Below, one piece after another: positions 56,274 through 64,000 of a stretch of DNA of 64,000 bases. Source of the stretch: Azolla caroliniana (lineage: Eukaryota > Plantae > Polypodiophyta); NCBI GenBank assembly GCA_043228905.1, contig JBHGNT010000016.1:1240001-1304000 (forward strand), in the 5' to 3' direction. The notes below the pieces were generated by a model. That model ran no database searches. It saw nothing but the letters and a program-made list of their open reading frames with translations, and was not told the origin of the DNA. The position numbers and the translations under genes are program-made. How positions within the stretch are numbered: the stretch's first letter is position 1; the number at the start of each line of letters is the position of its first letter.

Positions 56274-56740
56274 ATGGAGGCTACTCTCGATGGTTCCGTA
56301 GATATCCGTGGGGAACCAGCTTTGAGAAGAACGACCGGTGGATTTAAGAGAGCCTTCTTCATTTTGGGTAAAATTCTTAGCCTCCCCAATGGCACCTTTG
56401 TATTGTTTTAATTCGGATCCAGTCATTTTATTCCGTAAATCATTTCGAGGAAGACTCATTCATCAACAACAACTAAACTCGCATAATGAAATCAGCGGGT
56501 GTCGATTATCAAATAACTACCAAACTTAGCATAATTAATGGCTTGCTAGCAAACATAATTAGCAGCATGCACATAAACAAAAATATTCTAAGTGGTTAAT
56601 TATGTCTGTAGTTTGGTCTTCATTCACTTTGGCAATAGAAATGAAATGAATTTATATATATATCTATATCTATATATGCATGGCTAGTCATGATTCTTCG
56701 ATGAGCAGCACTAGTGTAGTAGTAGTAGTAGCAGTTGCTG

Positions 56741-56779
<39 letters not shown>

Positions 56780-59250
56780 GAATGAATAAAAAGCCTTCCA
56801 AATGCCCATAGTGATAGCATCATCATTATGCTAATTTGGTGTTAACTAATGTTGTGAATCTGAATGGTGATTAATGGGTGAAACTATACCTAAATGGCAT
56901 GTCTCCGTAAATGAGAGTGAGCCCGAATTCGAATTCAAAATTTCTCTGATTGATGTTATGTTGTGATGATGGATGTGATGGGTATAATGCTAGTGAACCA
57001 AGGACTCGCATGTTTGAGTCTCTTCGGGGTTTCGACAAACCTGGTGATATACCTAATAGTAGAGCTAAGGCAAGGTGCATCATCGGCCGCCTCCAACACA
57101 AGCAATTGGCAGGGTGCCATCTACTTCTTCGCTGTCATCGGTGGCTTCGTGGGTGATGCATACCTAGGAAGATATTGGGCTTCTTTGGTCTCCCAGATTC
57201 TGGGTATATCTGTGAGTTACCACTCTACACACTCCTTGAAAATGTTTCACTATTGCCCCCCCCCCCCCCCCCATTGTGTGTTTGTCTCTCTATATATCTA
57301 TGTATATTCACCATATATATATACACAATAGTGAGACAAAGAGGTAGTTATGTTGTTAGCTCATCATCTATCATAAATACCTCATATTTTTTCTATCTAA
57401 ATTCTACTTGTTTATCTAAATTTTTCCATCTAAATACCAACTATGACTGTTTGTATACATCATTATGTGTTGTTTGTTACTATACCAAAAACATGTCCTT
57501 TTTTTTTTTTGGAAAGGAATCCCATTCTTGCTTTTTTGAAATTTGAGTTATGCCTTAACGTTTGTATGTATGTATGTTATATGAGGGTCTTGTCCTTCTA
57601 AGCTTGGTTGCTACCATCCCTTCTCTCCATTCGCCCCCTTGTGAAGACGGACAAAACCTCGATTGCGGCTCTATTAGACCCACCAAATTACAACTCGGCC
57701 TATTCTATTGTGCTATCTACATACTAGCATTGGGCTATGGGTGCAATACACCCAACAGCATGAGTTTCGGGGCCGACCAGTTCGATGATGCACACCCGCT
57801 CGAGAGCGTGCAAAAGGTTCAGTTTTTCAATTGCGCATATTTGGCCTTAACGTTCGGGACCCTTTTCTCGAGCTTGCTTCTAGTGTACATCGAAAATGAG
57901 GGCAAGTGGGCGCTCGCATTCTGGATCACGGCCAGCTCCGGTGTTATTGCAATCTTTATATTTCTCATCCCGACGACCAACTATAGATTTTGTAAACCCA
58001 GTGGGAATCCCTTGCGCCGGATTGCCCAAGTGGTGGTAGCTTGTGTAAGGAAGAAACATGTCAAGGCTCCACTCGAGGGTATCGCCTTGTACGAAATCGA
58101 TGGAGTAGACTCGGCTATCCGAGGAAGCAGAAAGATCATCCACACTAAATCTTTAAGGTGATCCATTGGTTTGAATCATTGTCGTATATATGTTGAAAAA
58201 TCTTTTATTTTTGGTGTTGCTAAAGTTATGAGCACACAAGTACATGCCTATATCTAGCCTTTATATTCATGACTCCTAATTAAGGTTGTGTGTGTGTGTG
58301 TGTGGGTGTGCGCTCAAAACAATTTCCCCTCATGACATAACACTTACAAAGTCTAATAATGATGTGCCCACAATGTTACCTTGAGACTCATTTGCAGATG
58401 TTTTGATAAAGCGGCGACCATTATGGACGACGAAAAGGACCAGTCGGACATGGAGAATAGGGGGCCTCAAATTGTGTCTAGCCCGTGGCGACTTTGTACG
58501 GTTACACAAGTCGAGGAAGTGAAGTGGCTGTGCCACATGATTCCCATTTGGATATGCACCATATTCTATAGCACCGCGTACACGCAAGTGTTCTCACTCT
58601 TTGTCATCCAAGGGGCAGCAATGGACACCCACCTAGGAGGCTTCAACATCCCACCCGCATCCTTATATGCCGTTGATTGCGTGACCGTGGTGATATCCAT
58701 TATAGTATTTAACTATTGGCTCATGCCTCTAGCGAGACGGTGGACGGGCCGCGTGGACGGCTTGAGTGGGCTACAAAGAATAGGACTAGGCATGCCAATA
58801 GTAGCCTTGGCCATGTTGGAGGCAGGGATAGTTGAAATGGTTCGGTTAAGAAAGAGGCGGACCAGTGGAAACATTAGCATCTTGTGGCAAGTGCCTCAAT
58901 ACATGAGCACGGGGATATCAGAAACATTCACGTACCTAGGACAATTGTATTTCTTTTATGATCAAGCACCCGATGCGATGCGTAGCATGGGCTCAGCATT
59001 GACACCGGCATCAGTTGCACTTGGGAACTATGTGAACATGTTGTTGGTTCTCATTGTAAGTAGGCTTACAGGTAGTCCTGGTTGGATACCCAACTCTGGG
59101 TCCATAGACACTGGCCACTTAGACTACTTCTTCTTTATGGTTGCCATTCTTACAATCATCAATTTCGGGTTATTTTGCTTGATTTCAATACGCTATAAGT
59201 ACATGGAACGTCTTCAAATTTCACCCGCTCTTCCACCATCCAATGAATGA
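56274..59250 (+). CDS. NPF7: NRT1/PTR family (NPF) transporter, NPF7-like, copy 2
   Basis: Exons 56274-56367, 56994-57211, 57586-58157 and 58398-59250. Same intron positions and motifs as copy 1; intact frame. Confidence 0.95.
56716..56780. repeat. (TAG)n-(CTA)n inverted triplet repeat forming a perfect hairpin
   Basis: GTAGTAGTAGTAGTAGCAG-TTG-CTGCTACTACTACTACTAC gives a 19-bp stem with a 3-nt loop. Confidence 0.9.
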
Positions 59251-61419
59251 TGAGAACACGACCCAAGAACATTCACATGCCCAATAAAGGAACGAAAAAC
59301 AATGTAATAATACATTTCATTCGATACAATAGACAAAATTTACTTTGAATTCTTGTTAACACATTTGCTTGTTAGAAGTGCCTATGATGTGAACACATTA
59401 ATTTGGCAAAGAAATATTGTGCCTCAACTCAACATGATGATGAGAAAGGAACTACTACAAAATTAAAAGAGTTCTAAGATTATTTGGGTAGGGAGATGAT
59501 TAACTATATGATATTATGTTGATTGTTACCTACCCATATGAAGATGTCAAACACATATAATATATTATCATAAAAATGGGAGCATCCAATGTGTAATGTC
59601 TATTAGCATTTACTTATTGATAGAGAGATCATTCTGAAAGTGTATATAATGTCTCTGTCCAATCCTTGCGACAAATATGTCAATGATTAGGACAATGACA
59701 AACACTAGTACAAAGAATATGGAATGATATCATTTACTACCATGCAAACATACAATTGATTTTAATGAAACCTAAAAGAAACTAGAAGAAACTATTGCAA
59801 AAACTCTATATCACATTTTATGAATCATATGTAGTTTGTTATTGGTATGCTCTTATTCATGCAAGATTACAAATGATAGCGAACTTTTTATAGAAATAAT
59901 GGGTAAAAACTAGAAAAAGGAAATGTATATCATCCAAGGTTATGTGATTGAATCATACGGCATCTTGGAACTGAGCATATGAAACTAATGAAGATGATGA
60001 GGCTCTCAAAAGTCTAGTACATCTCTCTTGAAACTCCCAATCAGAGGAAGAAGAGCATTTCATTGAGTTTAGATGTAGATGAATATATGTAAGACCATAA
60101 GAAACTTCTCTACTTATAGACACATACATTTCATACAAGTTGAACACTTTCGCAAAGATGGGAAGAGGCAAGATCAAATTTTTGACTATGTTGGAACATT
60201 CCATGGCCCCATTTCTAGATCATGTAATATATAGAGTGCAAGGTCACCCACAAAACTAACTTACATAGTGGTTTACCTTCTAACTTTCATCGTTTATTTA
60301 TTGAAACCCCTCTTTTATTATTGTTTGTCTACTTGATCCACTATTTTAATTTAGTTTGGAACTTTTATATTAAGGCGTTGGGTTTGGCAACTGATGCATT
60401 GCACGTTCCCAATTATTCATTTAGAAAAAGAGTTCTTTCAAGATCCGAAAAGTGCATCAAAACGAGCATACACTTACAATAACAAATAGTCAATTTTAAT
60501 CATTCTTGTCATATGCCCTTGAGAATCTCGACTGTGTAATCTACAAAAAAGAAATATTTATTTTTAAAGTGATGGATTATGTTTTGCAATTTAAGATACT
60601 TGGGCATAAGACTAATCAATTGAATATAGTTATATCCATTTTACAGGCAAAGCTTTTCATTGATACCATGAAGACTCGTCTAGAAGATTAAGTATTGTGT
60701 ATCATGAAAGAGACATAATTAATTTAAAACATAAAGGTATTTACATGTCATACAAAGAGAATAGTGATAGAGTTTGGTGCTATGGCCCATAACAAAGCTA
60801 TGTATATGACATCGATCATGAGGCAACCCAATACAAGGTTGAGCACGTGCAGTACTCGATGAATTTAAAAATAGACAACGATAATGACGATTACAAAAAA
60901 ATATCCATGTTGTACACACAGAAAGCACGTCATCACAGAATCTGGAACTTCTAATCAATGGTCTCTTCAAGCATGCAGTATAGTTGTTGAGCAAGCATGT
61001 GAAAAAGGAGAAAACATCTGTTGTCACTAAATGAACACTCACCAGGCATGTCTATGCATAGCAAAATCTAGGCGAGCAAACAAATATGTAAACAATGTCA
61101 TGAGAAGGTTTTCTTTCATATACACCAACGATTCCCAAGGTTGGCATGTTTGTTACTGAACCATGTTTGTCATTTGTGTTGTTACTTTTTCCATTTGCTT
61201 CATGTGATTCCAAAAATCTTCTGAACCATTAGTTTAAACCGTAATGTCGTCATGATAATTCCATTCTCCTTTCTTTTTGCCATTTTGTTAGCATTAGTCG
61301 TGCAGTGCAACCTTTAGTTTCAGGTATAAAATGAATAGCGGAGATCGAGCAATGTTTATTTATATGTATGGGCTATCGTCAACCCCTTTTACACTTCTAG
61401 TATTTGTGGCAGCCTTCAA

Positions 61420-61787
61420 AAATACATCTATATGAACACGGTCTGCATCATTCACTTCATTCTGTGTTACTTCATAGACGATGTATGTGAAATCACACAA
61501 TGTGCAAAGTCCACATGTTCTTTGTAATATGTATAAAGGGATACCTTCACCTGTAATGATGAGAGAACATGCAATAGCCAGCTTATCATTGTAGCCACAC
61601 AAATCTTTCTCTTTTCTGACATTATCTCGACTAATCCCTTCTGGAACAGTCCGATTCAAACTTTTCTTTGATGAAACTTTACACATATAACAGGGCTTTG
61701 TTGAGAATGGCTCTTAATATCAAAAGTAAACAAATGCACATCACTCTTGATAGACCAAATCCAGAAACAATCTCATCCTTGTGCATT
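61420..61787 (-). pseudogene. Decayed E+/DYW deaminase coding sequence downstream of the PPR stop
   Basis: After the TGA the sequence reads NAQG*DCFWI...DVHLFTFDIKSHSQ, then (frameshift) KEKDLCGYNDKLAIACSLIIT.EG.P, TKNM and VNDADRVH. These correspond to PG/WW box, HSEKLA, KN(L/M)R and RD..R.H. Confidence 0.75.
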
Positions 61788-63587
61788 TCAAGCTCCACTT
61801 TTCACTCTCAAACCTTCAATGCAATCTGCCTCTGTATGCATGCCTGCTGATACATATAAATTTACCATGCCAACATATGCTGCTGAACATTTCTCATCTA
61901 GGTGTATTGCTTGTTCAAATGCCCATCTCCCAAGCTTCACATTTATCCATTTGTGACAAGCACCCAATATAGTCAAGAGAAGCGGTAGATTGTCAGAAGA
62001 TGAGATCTTGTCCAAAAGCAGTGCATTGGCTTTATTAAAGTGGCCAGCACGAGCAAATAGATCGATCATACATGCGAGATGCTCTAGCTTTGGACTAAGG
62101 CCATATACACTACACATTTCATCAAACAATTCCTCTCCTTCCTTCAATAGACCAGCATGACTACATGCGTTAAGTGATAGAAGGAAAGTGACCAGATTTG
62201 GGAACATACCTTCCCTCCTCATTCTTACAAATAACTCTAAAACCATACTAACTTTACCTAATTGAGCATACCCAGCCATAAGGGCATTCCAAGCAACAAC
62301 ATCACGTCTCAAATGTTGTTCAAATGCTTCTCGAGCTCTCTCCAAAGCACCACATTTGGCATACATGTCAATCAATGCGGTGTTAATTACTATGTCTTTT
62401 TGCAATAATCCGCTCTTTCTGAGCTCAGAACTTATACCTTCCCCAGTCTCTAAAGACCCAACAATACCACAGGCTTTCAAAACACAAATATAAGTCACCA
62501 AATTCGGATGTATTCCCTCATTTTGCATCTGGTCAAAGCAATCCAATGCTTCCTCACCAAATCCATGCTCCACATATCCACCAATGAGAGCCGTCCAAGA
62601 CACAACATCCCTTATTGGAAGCTCTTCAAGTGTTTCTCGTGCTTTATCGAGCGCACCACACTTGACATACATGTCCACCAATGTACTCCTAAGTACCTTA
62701 TCTTTGCGCAATAGCCCTTGTTTTCTAACCTCAATAACTATATCTTCTCCCATCTCTAAATCCCCTACAATGCCACAGGCTCTCAAAATACAGGCATAAG
62801 TTACTGCATCTGGGCACATCCCCTCATATTCCATTTGCCTAAAGCATTTCAATGCTTCATCACCGAGCTGATGCCGGGTATATCCAGATATTAATGCATT
62901 CCAAGACACAACATCTCGCATCGGAAGTTGCTCAAATACTTTGCGGGCTTTGTCCATTGCCCCACATTTAGCATACATATCCACTAACGTGTTTCCAAGC
63001 ACAACTTCCTCATGCAAAAGCCCTTGTTTTCGAACCTCAGCATCTATCCTTTCTCCGATCTCAATAGATCCGGCAATTCCACAAGCTTTCAAAGCAGAGA
63101 TATACGTGGCCACATTTGGGAAAACCCCCTCGTCTTGCATTTGTATAAAGCATTTCAAAGCTTCTTCACCAAGGCCATTATGGATATACCCACCTATCAA
63201 TGCATTCCAAGAAACCACGTCTCTGATTGAAAGCTTTTCAAACACTTCTTGAGCTTCTCTTAAAGAACCGCATTTGGCATATGCTGCAAATAAGGAAGTG
63301 GCAATATACAGATCTTTCGAGATCAAGCCATTCTTGACGATTTCAGCATGTATATTTCTCGTTTTAAGTATGTTTTTCTCTTTTCCACACAATTGTATGA
63401 GATTTAGAAGATCGGATCGACCTTCGAACCGAACTTTGGGTAATGTACAATGAAAAGGAAGAAGCTTACGTGTGGAATCAGGCAGCAAGTTAAGGGGTTC
63501 CATTACCTTGATTTTGGTCCAAGGAGGGTTGGAAGAGAACCCATCCATCAAAAGCTTTCTTTCTCTGTATATGTGTATATAATACAT
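61788..63587 (-). CDS. PLS-class pentatricopeptide repeat protein with E domain (organellar RNA-editing factor type)
   Basis: Intronless 599-aa ORF with repeated LVDMYAKCG / RDVVSWNALI / PNxVTY.CxLKAC triplets, LNACSHAGL, and E motifs (CMIDLFARAG, AAYV.M.N.Y..AG). The true start may be 63548 or an upstream exon. Confidence 0.93.
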   Translation of the reverse strand: MYYIHIYRERKLLMDGFSSNPPWTKIKVMEPLNLLPDSTRKLLPFHCTLPKVRFEGRSDLLNLIQLCGKEKNILKTRNIHAEIVKNGLISKDLYIATSLFAAYAKCGSLREAQEVFEKLSIRDVVSWNALIGGYIHNGLGEEALKCFIQMQDEGVFPNVATYISALKACGIAGSIEIGERIDAEVRKQGLLHEEVVLGNTLVDMYAKCGAMDKARKVFEQLPMRDVVSWNALISGYTRHQLGDEALKCFRQMEYEGMCPDAVTYACILRACGIVGDLEMGEDIVIEVRKQGLLRKDKVLRSTLVDMYVKCGALDKARETLEELPIRDVVSWTALIGGYVEHGFGEEALDCFDQMQNEGIHPNLVTYICVLKACGIVGSLETGEGISSELRKSGLLQKDIVINTALIDMYAKCGALERAREAFEQHLRRDVVAWNALMAGYAQLGKVSMVLELFVRMRREGMFPNLVTFLLSLNACSHAGLLKEGEELFDEMCSVYGLSPKLEHLACMIDLFARAGHFNKANALLLDKISSSDNLPLLLTILGACHKWINVKLGRWAFEQAIHLDEKCSAAYVGMVNLYVSAGMHTEADCIEGLRVKSGA

Positions 63588-63699
63588 ATAGGAAATCAGG
63601 GGACATTAAGCTAATCCTCTGTAACAAGGAAGATGTGACCATCATTGGATGACATAAAAAAGGGCTGTGGTGCCTGCCGATGTGGCCAGAAAGGGAAGT

Positions 63700-63850
63700 A
63701 AGTCGTGCTGACGTGGCGATCAATTGTGATGCTGACGTGGCGATAAACAAGAGGGGTTCTCGTGATGCTGATGTGGCAATAAACAAGAGGGGCCGTCGTG
63801 ATGCTGATGTGGCGATAAACAATGGAATCGTGATGCTGATGTGGCGATAA
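63700..63850. repeat. Minisatellite, ~37-bp units, upstream of the PPR gene
   Basis: CGTGATGCTGAYGTGGCRATAAAC recurs four to five times. Confidence 0.9.
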
Positions 63851-64000
63851 ATGGGGAGGGGAGGGGGGGGGCACAGTGTTGTGTTGGTGAGGCAATTAAT
63901 GGGAGTCTATCATGGTGAAGTTGTGATTTAATTGGGGCCAATGTGGTGGCGATAATCATCAATGGGCAGTGTGGTGTTGATGTATCATGTGTCGATTATC

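Noticed and set aside
60719-61042. 107-aa minus-strand ORF downstream of the PPR/DYW remnant
   Set aside because: Non-ATG start overlapping a splice-donor-like site and no recognisable domain; probably UTR or intron.

Overview
AT-rich, intron-containing land-plant nuclear DNA, most likely a fern. This is inferred from a basal-body gene (CCDC61/VFL3, which implies flagellated sperm) and a fern-style PLS-PPR. Seven genes were reconstructed by hand from GT-AG exons, most of them only fragmentary in the ORF track: an FHA-domain protein (+, ~4.3-6.7 kb), a class II RSL bHLH (-, 7.7-10.0/10.8 kb), CCDC61/VFL3 (-, ~11.1-25.6 kb), a TEY MAP kinase (+, 38.9-41.1 kb), two tandem NPF7-like transporters (+, 44.9-47.6 and 56.3-59.3 kb), and an intronless PLS-PPR (-, 61.8-63.6 kb) followed by a decayed E+/DYW deaminase domain. 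Introns and intergenic DNA contain LINE (L1 and RTE/L2-like), copia, LTR and hAT remnants, several with readable TIRs/TSDs, including a hAT>L1>LTR nest. I see no unambiguous new biological system. The best leads are the PPR losing its DYW domain, the NPF7 pair lacking all canonical proton-coupling residues, a possible spliced link between the CCDC61 3' end and the RSL leader, a telobox array ahead of a MAPK with an altered Gly loop, and tRNA-like cassettes inside LTRs. All assignments come from motif recognition by eye; no searches were run.
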